Notes: generated from the sequence alone by a model not told the origin. A stretch of DNA of 64,000 bases from Octopus bimaculoides (GCF_001194135.2 NC_068985.1:37088930-37152929), one strand, 5' to 3'; shown: positions 38,512 to 52,075, counted from the stretch's first letter. Numbers and translations are program-made.

Positions 38512-38663
38512 CCACATCGTCGCCAGCGTTGTATCCTGGAGTAACTGAACGTTTTGGGTCCAGGTGAATCCCACCTAGATTGATCAAGCCAAGGCCTGTG
38601 AGCAAACAGCATTCTACTGGCCCTTTACAGCCAGGTTTATATACGCCTTGCTCTGGGTACCAC
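38512..38663 (-). pseudogene. Possible relic cadherin-like exon
   Basis: Acceptor ggttcacAG and a GC-type donor (GCAAGT). The phase-1 frame gives GTQSKAYINLAVKGQ*NAVCSQ. Confidence 0.3.
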
Positions 38664-38694
38664 CTGTGAACCCAAATCACTTCCCTTATAATAT

Positions 38695-39125
38695 TCTTTT
38701 CTACTCTACATGGCTCGAAATTTTAGGGGAGGGGGCCAGTCGATTAGATCGACACCAGTACACAACTGGTACTTAACGTATCGACCCCGAAAGGATGAAA
38801 AGCAAAGTCGACCTCGGCAAAATTTGAACTCAGAACGTAAAGACAGACGAAATACCGCTAAGCATTTCGCCCGGCGTGCTAACGTCTCTTATTTCTTTAC
38901 TACCCACAAGGGGCTACACACAGAGGGGACAAACAAGGACTGACAAACGGATTAAGTCGATTATATCAACCCCAGTGCGTAACTGGTACTTATTTAATCG
39001 ACTCCGAAAGGGATGAAAGGCAAAGTCGACCTCGGCGGAATTTGAACTCAGAATGTTTCAGCAGACGAAATACCGCTAAATATTTCGCCCGGCATGCTAA
39101 CGCTTCTGCCAGCTCGCCGCCTTAC
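38695..39125 (-). mobile_element. Composite SINE B1 + 5'-truncated B2
   Basis: B1 spans about 38886-39125 and joins B2 starting at GACGTTAGC. Outer repeat CCTTATAATAT at 38684-38694 and 39129-39139. Confidence 0.85.
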
Positions 39126-39454
39126 TTTCCTTATAATATCGTCTTTCTATCAACGATTTAATTCCTTCCTTTAGAATTTCTTTCCTATCGTTCTTGGCTT
39201 TCTCGTCTTTGTAATCTTCCTACTTTCTTTCCCTTCGTCTATTTTCTTCTTCCATTTTTCTTTTCCTTCCCTTTATCTTTCCTTTTCCCTGTCCTTCCTT
39301 CCATTATTTATACCATTCCACGTTTAGCTTCATTCAGATTCAATCATTATTTCATTCTTTCTTTCCTTTGCTGCTTTCTATTATGTCATCTATTTCTTTC
39401 TAACCTTCTACCTTCTTTCTCGTTCTTCCATTTCTCTCCCTGTTCTCTTCTCTT

Positions 39455-39605
39455 TCCTTGCTTCCTTCCTTCCTTGCTTCCTTGCTTCCTTCCTTCCTTC
39501 CTTGCTTCCTTGCTTCCTTCCTTCCTTCCTTGCTTCCTTGCTTCCTTCCTTCCTTCCTTCTTTCCTTCCGGCCACCCTTCTTTCCTTCCTTCCTTCCTGC
39601 CACCC
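39455..39605. repeat. (CTTC/CTTG)n compound microsatellite
   Basis: Direct reading. Confidence 0.9.
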
Positions 39606-40388
39606 TTCTTTCCTTCTCTGTTCTTTTACCTTCTCATATTTCTCTCATTCTCTCAATTTCACTTACCTCTCTTTCATCACTTCCTTTTTTTTTCTACAAT
39701 ACCTCTATATTTTCCTTTTTCTCCTTCTTCTTCAATTACTCGTTATATTTCCTTTCATTCGTTCTTCTATTCTTTTTATGTTTTACTTTCCATTTTACTT
39801 TGTCACAACCAAACATTCTTTTCCAGTCTTATGCGACAAAGAACATTTCGACATTCCATTTCCTTCATAAACATATTCCACGTACCCTTCCTGTTGCTTA
39901 TCAACATCGTCGTCATCGTTGACTTTGTCGTCTGCCTCCCCTGCGTCCCCTGCGTCGCTTGGTCGTCTGCGTTGTCGTTTTGATTTTAGCTGCTACTGTT
40001 TTTATTAGTGTTGTAGTACTTTATTTCTTCAACCTTTTAAATTTATTTTCTTGGCATCAAAGAATTAATTAATATGATTTATTTATCAAAAACAAAATAT
40101 AAAACAAATCAGAAAACGTCATATGAAACTGCGATCATGATAATTTAACAGAAAACTACTGTTTCTTGTCGGGTGGAGTTCATTATAGAGTGAACTTACA
40201 CCCGTTTAATTTCCGTAAGCAACAGATACGACATTTTGCTACCTCGGTTAATATTTGTTTTCAATTATTTCCCATCTCTGAAACTGAGCAAGATAAATAT
40301 TCTTCAAAAATTACAAGGCATATCTTTTACATAGAACTGGTAAGAAGCGCAACTTTAACAAAACATGAATACATGTGTGCAAGCGCAC

Positions 40389-40427
<39 letters not shown>

Positions 40428-40456
40428 NNNNNNNNNNNNNNNNNNNNNNNNNNNNN

Positions 40457-40487
<31 letters not shown>

Positions 40488-40759
40488 TACGTTTGTATGT
40501 ATGTATATATGTATATATGTGTATATATATATATATGAGTGTGTGTGTGTTTGTGTGTGTGCATGTGTGTAAATATTAGAGAATGTAATATATATGCAGA
40601 TTAATGTATACGTATTTGTATATATCTATGTATATGTTTGTCTGTGTATTAGTTCAAATTGAATCACACACACACATGTGTATATGTGTGTGAATTAATG
40701 TACATATCAAACTATTTAAATGTTTTGCATATTAAACACGCAAAGAAACGAATAAAAGG

Positions 40760-40795
<36 letters not shown>

Positions 40796-41273
40796 AAATA
40801 TAAGAAAGAGAGAAAGAGAGAGTGAGAGAGAGAGAGAGAGCGGAGGAAAGGAAAGAAAGAAAAGATAAAAAAGACATATAAAAAAAGAAACACAAAACTA
40901 CTGCGGAAGAAATATCTGCAAGTGTTCTTATATATGTTTTTTGTTAATATCTACAGACAATCACTGCACATACACACTCATACACACGTGCGAGCGCATA
41001 TGAATGTATGTGGCCCTTTCCAGATTATTCATTAAAAAATATTAACGTTTTAATAAGAACTGGTATCAACATTTTGCACTTGGGTATGCAAATATTTGAT
41101 TCATGCGCGTGCGTGCACACACAAACACACATACACAAACATATATAAAGGTACAAAAACGACGTACTCCAAAGGAATTAAAAGGTAATGTAATACAAGG
41201 GTAGAGTAGAAAATCCATGAACCAGGTACTCCAGATCAGTCGGAAGGACGTATACACACACACACTCACACAC

Positions 41274-41354
<81 letters not shown>

Positions 41355-42128
41355 NNNNNNNNNNNNNNNNNNNNNNNNNNNNNNNNNNNNNNNNNNNNNN
41401 NNNNNNNNNNNNNNNNNNNNNNNNNNNNNNNNNNNNNNNNNNNNNNNNNNNNNNNNNNNNNNNNNNNNNNNNNNNNNNNNNNNNNNNNNNNNNNNNNNNN
41501 NNNNNNNNNNNNNNNNNNNNNNNNNNNNNNNNNNNNNNNNNNNNNNNNNNNNNNNNNNNNNNNNNNNNNNNNNNNNNNNNNNNNNNNNNNNNNNNNNNNN
41601 NNNNNNNNNNNNNNNNNNNNNNNNNNNNNNNNNNNNNNNNNNNNNNNNNNNNNNNNNNNNNNNNNNNNNNNNNNNNNNNNNNNNNNNNNNNNNNNNNNNN
41701 NNNNNNNNNNNNNNNNNNNNNNNNNNNNNNNNNNNNNNNNNNNNNNNNNNNNNNNNNNNNNNNNNNNNNNNNNNNNNNNNNNNNNNNNNNNNNNNNNNNN
41801 NNNNNNNNNNNNNNNNNNNNNNNNNNNNNNNNNNNNNNNNNNNNNNNNNNNNNNNNNNNNNNNNNNNNNNNNNNNNNNNNNNNNNNNNNNNNNNNNNNNN
41901 NNNNNNNNNNNNNNNNNNNNNNNNNNNNNNNNNNNNNNNNNNNNNNNNNNNNNNNNNNNNNNNNNNNNNNNNNNNNNNNNNNNNNNNNNNNNNNNNNNNN
42001 NNNNNNNNNNNNNNNNNNNNNNNNNNNNNNNNNNNNNNNNNNNNNNNNNNNNNNNNNNNNNNNNNNNNNNTATATACATACATATATATATATATATACA
42101 TACATACATACATACATACATACACACA

Positions 42129-42168
<40 letters not shown>

Positions 42169-43032
42169 CATACACATACACACATATATACATAAGCGCA
42201 CACACACATACATTTATATATATCTATTATATGTACATAGACACATATATACATATATATACGAATATATATATATGCGTATATGTAAATATACACATCT
42301 ATGTAATATTTATATATATATATATAGATACATATATGTATATAAGTGCATGTGTGTGTACACACACACACACACACACCCATCTCATATGCATTGAAAC
42401 TGTGCGTGTGTTATTCTCATTGGCCTTATGAATCTCCCAAGGCACAACAATATATCCAATTTGAACAACGTACATTTTCCTTGAGCGTCAGAAGAAGTGA
42501 TTTTGCGGTGTTTTTTCCGCCTCTTCACATTCTTAGTTCAAATGTTAAGCCGCCGAGTTCAAATTAGCCTCTCATCTTTTTTGTGGTCGATGAAATATAT
42601 ACCCATCAACTACTCGGGTTAATGCAATAGATTAATATCACCATCCAATTATCTGGCCTTGAACCTATGTAAGAAATTATAAATTTTCTACACACGGTTG
42701 TTCGTAGCCCTTGTGAACCTTTTCTATGTTTTATTTATTCAAAAGTTGGATTTTAACGAACCATTTCTAACGGCTTTGTTATACTGTCAGAGCTCGTTTA
42801 AAACTTAATATTTTAAGTATGTTACATAATGTTTTCTGGTCTTTTCTTGCTCTACTCAATACTGCCATTCGTCGATCATAATGTGATACTCGGAATAATG
42901 ATTTGTGTTGAAATACTTTTTCCTCCTCCTCCTCCTCCTCCTCCTCCTCCTCCTCGTCGTCGTCGTCGTTGTCAGCGTCATCACCAGTTAACGACGGAAT
43001 CTTCTTGATGCTGACTCATTTGCCTAACTTAC

Positions 43033-43345
43033 AAGAAATAGTAGCAGAATTTCCTTTAAAATTACACTCGGTTGTCCTAGAAAAAGGAAGAACATGGAAG
43101 ATAATGTAGTCCTTGGTACCCGTTTCTAGAAAGCAAATGGATAGTCTTTGATCGTAGGTCTCGTTGATCAAATGTGCCTTAATGACAACCCCTTCAGCGT
43201 TATACATCACACAACAGTCCTGGGGATGCTTTTGGCGAAGTCTACTCTGTACCAAGTATTCGGATCTGGTCACCATTGTTGATAACTTGTTATTTTCTTC
43301 CGTCTTAAAACTTCGGGGAGGAAAGGTCATAGACATTGACCTTGA
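43033..43345 (-). pseudogene. Cadherin-like exon, open except for one extra T
   Basis: Acceptor gatttAG, donor GTAAGT at 43032. Removing one T from TTTT (43307-43310) gives a 312-nt phase 1-1 exon: IKVNVYDLSSPKFKTEE..YNAEGVVIKAHLINETYDQRLSICF.. Confidence 0.6.
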
Positions 43346-43518
43346 CTAAATCATAAAAATTAATTAAATTAAGATTAAAAAGTTTAAATGAGATAATTTA
43401 ATATAACGTTAATTGATGCAGAGATAAAATGAAATAAAAAGAAATATACTACTTATTTTTTAATGTCGCTAGTCTTTCCATTTATATTATTTCTTGTGTA
43501 TTTATTCTTTCGACTTAC

Positions 43519-43760
43519 TTTTATTAATTACTTTGAATCCGTCGATAGATAAAACTTTAAAAGATGTTACTTTAACGGAAGTAGGCTTCATGTGAGGTTT
43601 TTCTTCTAAATATTGCAAAAGTATGTTTATTTTTAAAGTTGCTACAATTTGCTTGTCTTTTTGTTTCACTGACTCAGTCATTCTGTTGTAAAGCGATGAT
43701 AAACAGAGTAAACCTGGTGGTCTCTGCGTTGGAAGTGTCGGAGATTTATCTCCCCACTTT
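43519..43760 (-). pseudogene. Cadherin-like exon (open)
   Basis: Acceptor cttgtttatatAG, donor GTAAGT at 43518, 80 open codons. Spliced to 43345 it reads FKVLSIDGFKVINK|IKVNVYDLSSPKF, a cadherin-like domain end. Confidence 0.6.
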
Positions 43761-44087
43761 CTATATAAACAAGAGTGCATTTTGCACCAAAAGCCAATAC
43801 GAGAGTTTCTCTCATGTTATCTACCTTACTATAGTTTGTTCTAACAGAACATATGTGGGGATAGATATTACTTCTCGGTATTAATAATGCCTCAGTCGCT
43901 AATATATATATATATTAAAATAAATGTGTAATGACTAAAACAGAGAGAGGCAATATACATGTCTTTTTAACATGGTGTCTATGACATTTGAGAGAAATAT
44001 GAAGGTTATCTTTTGATTAGAATGCCTGCAACTGGGTTGTTTCCACTGAAGGTACCTATGGACCACGCAACTAGAGCAACGTATTAT

Positions 44088-44190
44088 AAAGTGTCTTACT
44101 CAAGAACGCAACACGCAGTTCGGTCTGGGAATCGAACTCACAGCTTCAGGATTGCAAGCCCGGCGCTCTAACCACTGAACCATGCGCATT
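44088..44190 (-). mobile_element. SINE family D head
   Basis: Minus strand has a tRNA-like head TGCGCATGGTTCAGTGGTTAGAGCG..GAGTTCGATTCCC, continuing into TGCGTTCTTGAGTAAGACAC. Confidence 0.65.
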
Positions 44191-44303
44191 TACACCCTAG
44201 GTAATACGGTTCTAGATGTTCTTACAAATATGATTGTCATAATAGGAGTTCCTTTGGTGATATATCTGCTCTGATAGGACTAACTTTACGCTGAACATCA
44301 CCG

Positions 44304-44872
44304 ACCAACCAACCAACCAACCAACCAACTAACCAACCGACCGACCGACCGACCAACCAACCAACCAACCAACCAATCAACTAACTAACCAACCGACCGA
44401 CCGACCGACCAACCAACCAACCAGCCAACCAACCAACCAACCAACCAACCAACCGACCAACCAACCAACCAACCAACCAACCGACCGACCAACCAGCNNN
44501 NNNNNNNNNNNNNNNNNNNNNNNNNNNNNNNNNNNNNNNNNNNNNNNNNNNNNNNNNNNNNNNNNNNNNNNNNNNNNNNNNNNNNNNNNNNNNNNNNNNN
44601 NNNNNNNNNNNNNNNNNNNNNNNNNNNNNNNNNNNNNNNNNNNNNNNNNNNNNNNNNNNNNNNNNNNNNNNNNNNNNNNNNNNNNNNNNNNNNNNNNNNN
44701 NNNNNNNNNNNNNNNNNNNNNNNNNNNNNNNNNNNNNNNNNNNNNNNNNNNNNNNNNNNNNNNNNNNAACTAACCAACCGACCGACCGACCGACCAACCA
44801 ACCAACCAACCGACCAACCAACCAGCCAACTCACCAACCAGCCAACCAGCCAGCCAGCCAACCAGCGCTTTA
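44304..44872. repeat. (ACCA/ACCG)n tetranucleotide array spanning a gap
   Basis: Direct reading on both sides of N 44498-44767. Confidence 0.95.
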
Positions 44873-45789
44873 GATTCACAGTTAATTAAGGTGATACATA
44901 ATACATAATTCATGCTTGTTCTTCTTTACTTACATAACCAATTCTCTACCATTCTTTATCTATTTAATTAATATTTTATGCACAATTATCAACCTTCATT
45001 TCTTTCCCTTTGGCGATCAAATTTCTTTAGTTGCATCGTAAACATAGTCAACCAGTTTCTTCTCACGATTACACTCTCATCATCGCTTCTCTTTGAAATA
45101 TTAACTTTCGGTTGCTCCCTAAACAATTAATCTTCATACTTTCTCGTTTCCTTTGTGGAATTACTAATTAACTGTAAGTATCAAGTGCGCACCGATGGAT
45201 GTATTAAAGCCTCCCTATAGACTCGCTGCCAACATTATATATTTCTTGTTTCTGCGTTACTTTCTTTCACACAATTCTCTTCCGTCTCTTTCCGTACATA
45301 CATACATACATATACACACATATATGTTTGTATGTACACAGAGGCATACATTTACACTCATGCACACACATAAATATGCTTGTCGCGAACTGTCTCCTAC
45401 TTTCTGTTTTTTATACATACAGCTCTAGTATGTATAATCTAGTGCACCCGCGTGATCATAATTCACTAATGCATCAGTTATAAAGTTTTCTCGTATTTCT
45501 TGGTGATCTTTGAAATCCGGAGAGTAGAATTACAGTTCTTTCAACTCGCTTTCTTCAATTATTTAGAACTTTTGCTAAAGGATCACCGATTCCTCTATAC
45601 ATGTCTACTAATAATTTGCTCTGTTATGTTCTGATTAGATCGACGTTGTTTGCTTACGAATGAAGATAGAAATAATTGCTGCAATTTTTTTTTCTCTATA
45701 CAGAATAATTCTAAATTCATTTTTTCGTGTGGCAATTTGAGTGACGTTCTTTTAAAACATGCCGGTTTTGCATCTTGATCATGTAGTTT

Positions 45790-46320
45790 GTTTGATCCTC
45801 TTCTCCAGTGTAGTTCGTCTTTCAGTGGCACCCTCCCTGCTTATTCTCTTGATACAGAAGAACATCTAACTAAGGCCAATCAAAGAACACCGCTGACCAA
45901 AGATCACCAAGAGGACGTACCTTCTCTCAGTTGTTGTTCTCCGATCAACAGGCGCTTGATTAGAGAATTTCTGTTCACCTCAACCATTTTCGCCAGAGTC
46001 ACCTAATTCATTGAAAGAGAGCACGTTTCCCTCCGCCCTCACTTTTCTACTAAGTTGAACTACAAACTCTTTAACAGAGCTTGATTGAAGAAGAAGAAAT
46101 ATGCCTTTATTCCTTACAGCCTCGTTCGACATAGCATCAAATATTAAGAAACTGTCTGTCCAACCTCATTATTAAGAGTGGTACAGCGATCTTTATGATA
46201 GACTCGTCTGGTAGCTTGATCCACCCTGCTTTGAGCAACAACTATTTGATATAGATCTACAACTGAGCAATGCTCGGACATAATAACAACAGTAATATCA
46301 ACTATTGGTAAGAAGAGCGT
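45790..46320 (-). mobile_element. Degraded RTE-like LINE 3' fragment (tentative)
   Basis: KMVEVNRNSLIKRLLIGE resembles RM..R.PK.LLYGE. Confidence 0.3.
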
Positions 46321-47089
46321 ATTTCGTTTTACAATCATGATGTACGACCAAGTATATTAAAAATTTATAAGTCAATACTGTGTCCTATTATTTGTGTTAG
46401 CTGTGTGATACAATCACTTTTAAGTTATCTCTACAAGTTTTCTATAGAACTTAGAGCTAGCACTCAAAGTCACAATATTTCGTGTCACTTTTAAATTATT
46501 TCTTCAGAAAATCTGTAGAGTGTGAGTGTATCGCACTGCTAACGCAAAAAATAGAACACAGTATTGACCTATCAACTTGGAATATATTCGGTGGTATGTT
46601 ACTGTTGCAAGACAAAATAATGTTTCCCACCAGCAATTAATATGTACGTACCAGATGCCAAGAATGTGTTTAATTCGTAAATTGGTCTAGCCAAACGTGG
46701 CACATCGCTAAACGTTGTGGCTATTTAAACAATGTTTCCGGAGATGGTTAGTGGGTTGGACGTGGTGCTGATAAGGGGTGGATGTAGTGCATGTACACCT
46801 ATTACCTAGTTATCGTCTTGGATCGCATTGTTTACATTGATGTATTAGTATACGAAACGTCGTAACATTCAGTGCTAGTTCTAAATTGTATAGAAAACGT
46901 AGTGATAACTTTAAAATGCCAGTAATATCAAAGAATAAGCCTTCGGATTAAAATTAGGATTAAGATTCAAAATATTGAGGTTTGTTGTTGGATATTGTCT
47001 TTCAAACAGAGGCACGATTCCACTGTAGTCAACAGTTGAAAGACTGAAACTTCTATCATCATTTCTATCTCTTAGGAACACCATATTGA

Positions 47090-47400
47090 GGTCAGAATGC
47101 TGTAACTTCGTTTGCAACGCATTCTTACATTCTTGCTCCTTTCTTTCCACTTCATCCAAAGATTGACTTAGCGCTCATGAGTATTATTTTTCCTTAACAT
47201 CAAATCCAAATTCTGCATTATTTCTTACACAGTGAGCAATAGTTTTGTTGTTAATAAGTATTGCATTGATCGAAAGTTAGATGCAGTGTCTCCTTCTTGA
47301 TGTACAGGTTGTATATTAGATGTTCTGTGATAGACCTGTCCATGGACTCTCGAACAATATGAACCTCTTTCTGGTAGTTTGCTAATTTGTGTTCCTACTA
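47090..47400 (-). mobile_element. Degraded CR1/L2-like RT fragment (tentative)
   Basis: PVHQEGDTASNFRSM (P..KKGD...NYRPIS-like) followed by EFGF. Confidence 0.4.
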
Positions 47401-48642
47401 AAGTAAAGGAGACGGCTGATTTATAAGTATAAATGTTACATTTTTTAAGTCATACATACAGTAAGGAGAATAGGATGCATTCACTTAGATATTCTGGAAG
47501 ATTTCTCTTAGATGGTCGTCTGAGCTTACCTTTATGGCAGTAGTTATTAATCTTCCCATCTCACGTTCGAAATTCAGTGGTCTGTTGCACAGGCAGGAAT
47601 TAACACTTTATTGTGGAGCTCATTTGAATTTTGTTGAGCGTCAGTAATTAATAAAAGATTAAGTACGTTTATATGTATATTATTGTCGTAAAAGATTATT
47701 AGGGTTTAACCCAAGATATTTTTGATAAGTTAAATACCAATTGTAAATTCTCCGACTTCTACCTAGAACATTTTGTTGATCTCAGTAACATTTGCGTTAT
47801 TATTTTCAGTCTGGTGTTTAGCAAAACTATATACCCTTCCCAGTAAAAAGTGATAGGAGTCAGCCAATATAAATAGACCAGTAGCCGGTCGTCAGGAGAG
47901 TGTCGAGAGTCGAAGAGTTGAGAGTCGGCAGTCAAAATCGGTGTATTGTGGAGGTATCAGCGATAGTAAGACAGAAGGAGTTAGTGTGTTCCTATCCCGG
48001 TACAAAGAGATGCAACGGTATCCGATGACTAGTAACTTTTGTGGCTACTAACGTAATTAGCAACTGCAACGGCAGTTACACATCATACCAGTGGGAGGAA
48101 CCCACTTTACGACACAATCATTATGTAAATAGTTGTACCTTTAACGTATAAGGCAAATAAAATCTTGCATAAATAACATGATTAATCGTTGCATTTTATA
48201 AGTTATCTATGTTGATAAAAGCTTTTACAGTGATCAGTTCCTTATTACGTACCTTCGTAGACCGGAAGAAATATGCTTATATTATAATTTCATTCAAACA
48301 GTTTTTCTTCTATTAAATTCGGAGATAAAATTGATTGATTTAAAGAAAACTTTGACGTTAAATCTTAAACGGTTCTTCCAACTTTGATTTTATATATATA
48401 ATAATTTGTTTCTAAATTTATTGTTTATCGTTTTTCGAATAAGCAAAAGCTTTCAACGCCCTACTTCCCTTCAGTTTTTGCATAAAAGTAAGAGAAGGGC
48501 GGCTCAACTAAAATTCAGTTAATTAGAGACTCTGCAGATTATTATTAGAAGCAACTAAAACAATAACCGAGTTGACTTAAGATATAACTATGAGGAATGC
48601 ATTTTTAAAAGGAATTATTATAACAATAAATAAAATTAAGAA

Positions 48643-49023
48643 GGCGGTGAGCTGGCAGACAAGTTAGCACCCCGGGCGAAATGCTTGGCGGTATTTCGTC
48701 TGTCGCTACGTCCTGAGTTCAAATTCCGCCGAGGTCGACTTTGCCTTTCATCCTTTCGGGGTCGATTAAATAAGTACCAGTTACGCACTGGGGTCGATAT
48801 AATCGCCTTAATCCGTTTGTCTGTCCTTGTTTGTCCCCTCTGTGTGTAGCCCCTTGTGGGCAGTAAAGAAATGGGTATTTCGTCTGTCTTTACGTTCAAA
48901 TTCCGCCGAAGTCGACTTTGCCTTTCATCCTTTTGGGGTCAATAAATTGCGTACTGGGGTCGATTTAATCGACTGGCCCCTTCCCCCAAAATTTCGGGCC
49001 TTGTGCCTAGAGTAGAAAAGAAT
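48643..49023 (+). mobile_element. Composite SINE B1 + 5'-truncated B2
   Basis: B1 spans 48643-48872 and joins B2 starting at GGTATTTCG. Outer repeat AATAAATAAAATTA at 48625-48638 and 49021-49034. Confidence 0.85.
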
Positions 49024-49819
49024 AAATAAAATTATGAATTTTTTTTTAAAGAGAAAATGTTACTTCAATACATCGGTTTACCAACACGTGTTTAGCTTAG
49101 CTATAATTTAACTTTTAAGTTTCACTTTGTAACATTGTAAAAGGGAAGTTAATTTAGGTTTCCTTTAGGTGAGAGGCAAGGCGAATTAGGAGCCAATAAG
49201 GCCTGCACACTGGATTATTGGCCTAAGGCTGCAGGCGTTCATCTAACCACAACGTCACTTAAACTCTAACAACTGTTATGGCTGTACCAAAGTTGCCAAA
49301 CGTAATTGGTCTTTAAATTGGCAAGCCATTTTCTCATGCAGTGTCATTAGGTTAATTAATTATAATTATAAACTAGCTTGGATACTCTACGCTAATTTTA
49401 AAATTAACTAGAATTTAGGTATCAGCTAGGTGACTATTTTCATTAGCTACGTTGTTTTAAAATATGCTAAATCAAGCTATAAATTAGCTAAATTAGCAAT
49501 CATTATTGGAAGGAAAGAAAGTTAATGTAGTAGCGAAGAGAGTGTAAATGCAGTCCCTGCGCAAAACGCCAACATGTAAACTAAATGAATGATTGAGCGA
49601 ACGCACAACCTTCCCCCAACGCAAGTATTATCGAGGCACACTGTGGTAATTAAACCTTTAAAGCAAGCATTATGAATGCTTAGAATTTATTTTGATTAAT
49701 TATTTTGATGAATTATTAGCTTTTCATTTGAATAAGGTTTTAAACAAGTATCACGAACTCAGGCTGTTTATGCGGGAGATCGTTATGCGAAATATCGCTG
49801 TGTATATATAAACATGTAT

Positions 49820-50190
49820 ATACGTAGTTGGTTGTCAGATAAATCCCAGAGTAATTTTCAATGAATTTCAATCCTTATTTTTCATCAACAATTTTAACAA
49901 CTCAGTCAATATTATATTTTCCTTCATAGGTTCACAATTTCTTGTCAGCGTTCCCCTAGCTTGTTCAACGCCTTGACGATATAAATCGCCAGGTCTTAAT
50001 TCGAAGAATTCAACTAACCACGTTTTCTGCTTCACGTGGTTGTTGAACGAAACGCCTCGTAGACTGTTGAAGAGTGACCGAAAAAAAGTAATAATATGAA
50101 GCTACAATGTCTGGCGAATAGATTGAGCGCGGTAGAACTTCCCAACCGAGCACTTAAATAGCATTTTTCATTAAATAACGAAATGAAGGC
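49820..50190 (-). mobile_element. Mariner transposase C-terminal fragment
   Basis: Reads GWEVLPRSIYSPDIVASYYYF, then after a frameshift RSLFNSLRGVSFNN..WLVEFF. Confidence 0.85.
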
Positions 50191-50279
50191 TATTTAAGTA
50201 TTGTCGTATTGAAGAAGTACGCCGTCTCACCGGTTGAGTCGTTCAGCTGCATTGCCTCGTATGAATGTATGTATGTATG

Positions 50280-51245
50280 TGTGTATATACCAGCTATAGA
50301 ACATGTGATCCGCGAGGAGGAACTCAACATACAGGTGGTTCACACCAGCCCATACCTGTGGAAAGTTCTGTCGAGGAAAACTACCACAGAAAACATCGAG
50401 GGATGCACACTAACCAACTTCCCAATCAACGATATCAAAATATGCTTGTGGGCCTATGTGGTACACAGAGTAGTGTGCAGTAAATATGGAGCATCCTACA
50501 TCAGGTGTACCACTAGTAAATTGCACATCCGTATAAAAGAACACATGCACAGGGACACTTCAATAAAGAAATACCTAGACGTGCCAAACTCAGAATTTTA
50601 TACCACTCACATTTCTTGGCCCTCTCTTTAACCCCCACTATTTCCGACTCGTTTATCTTCCCTGTACCTTTCTCTTTGTCTCTAATCTTTTTTCTAATCC
50701 TTCAATTCCGCTGTCCCCAACACATCTCTCCTCCTTCCACGTGACCGGTGTCCGGCCAGTCATGATCTTTGTTTCTTGGCCTGACTGCCCACCGTCAGCA
50801 CCTCTTATGTCCATCTCCTATGTTCCTGCCTTTAAGCTTTCACTTCATACACACCAGCTCAATTTGATTCGTTCTCAGTGGAAAGACCCCTGTTGTTATT
50901 TCTTGTTGTTTGTATTCGTAATTGTGTACCATGTTCTCTGCTTTTTTGTTTATTTGTTTGTTTGTTTTTTTTTGTTTGTCTTTGTTGCTGTACACATTCG
51001 CTGGCTTTCTTACAGAGGGGTCTAATGCTCTTAGTTTAGACATTTTTGGGGGCTACCAGATCGAACCACCTCAAGTGTAACTGCACGAAAAGGTCATGAC
51101 GTCTGGGACTTGACTAATGAAAGAAAGCCACGAATGACCCGTCTTTCCTTGCCTGTCCTTCTAATTGTTGTTCCTCTTGTCCGCCTTTGTATCGTCTAAC
51201 TGTCCGAACGTTTTAATGCCCTCTGTTACGCCTTTGTTGTCTGTG

Positions 51246-51250
<5 letters not shown>
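50280..51250 (+). mobile_element. Penelope-like element 3' relic (GIY-YIG domain plus 3' terminal region)
   Basis: 50458-50544 encodes VVHRVVCSKYGASYIRCTTSKLHIRIKEH, matching the VVY.I.C..C...YIG.T.R.L..R.KEH pattern. Followed by a pyrimidine tract and repeat family G. Confidence 0.75.
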
Positions 51251-51280
<30 letters not shown>

Positions 51281-52031
51281 NNNNNNNNNNNNNNNNNNNN
51301 NNNNNNNNNNNNNNNNNNNNNNNNNNNNNNNNNNNNNNNNNNNNNNNNNNNNNNNNNNNNNNNNNNNNNNNNNNNNNNNNNNNNNNNNNNNNNNNNNNNN
51401 NNNNNNNNNNNNNNNNNNNNNNNNNNNNNNNNNNNNNNNNNNNNNNNNNNNNNNNNNNNNNNNNNNNNNNNNNNNNNNNNNNNNNNNNNNNNNNNNNNNN
51501 NNNNNNNNNNNNNNNNNNNNNNNNNNNNNNNNNNNNNNNNNNNNNNNNNNNNNNNNNNNNNNNNNNNNNNNNNNNNNNNNNNNNNNNNNNNNNNNNNNNN
51601 NNNNNNNNNNNNNNNNNNNNNNNNNNNNNNNNNNNNNNNNNNNNNNNNNNNNNNNNNNNNNNNNNNNNNNNNNNNNNNNNNNNNNNNNNNNNNNNNNNNN
51701 NNNNNNNNNNNNNNNNNNNNNNNNNNNNNNNNNNNNNNNNNNNNNNNNNNNNNNNNNNNNNNNNNNNNNNNNNNNNNNNNNNNNNNNNNNNNNNNNNNNN
51801 NNNNNNNNNNNNNNNNNNNNNNNNNNNNNNNNNNNNNNNNNNNNNNNNNNNNNNNNNNNNNNNNNNNNNNNNNNNNNNNNNNNNNNNNNNNNNNNNNNNN
51901 NNNNNNNNNNNNNNNNNNNNNNNNNNNNNNNNNNNNNNNNNNNNNNNNNNNNNNNNNNNNNNNNNNNNNNNNNNNNNNNNNNNNNNNNNNNNNNNNNNNN
52001 NNNNNNNNNNNNNNNNNNNNNNNNNNNNNNN

Positions 52032-52075
<44 letters not shown>

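Noticed and set aside
40196-40273. 78-nt minus-strand exon (tttcAG..GTAAGT)
   Set aside because: All frames contain a stop and there is no recognisable motif; chance splice-like sites are common.
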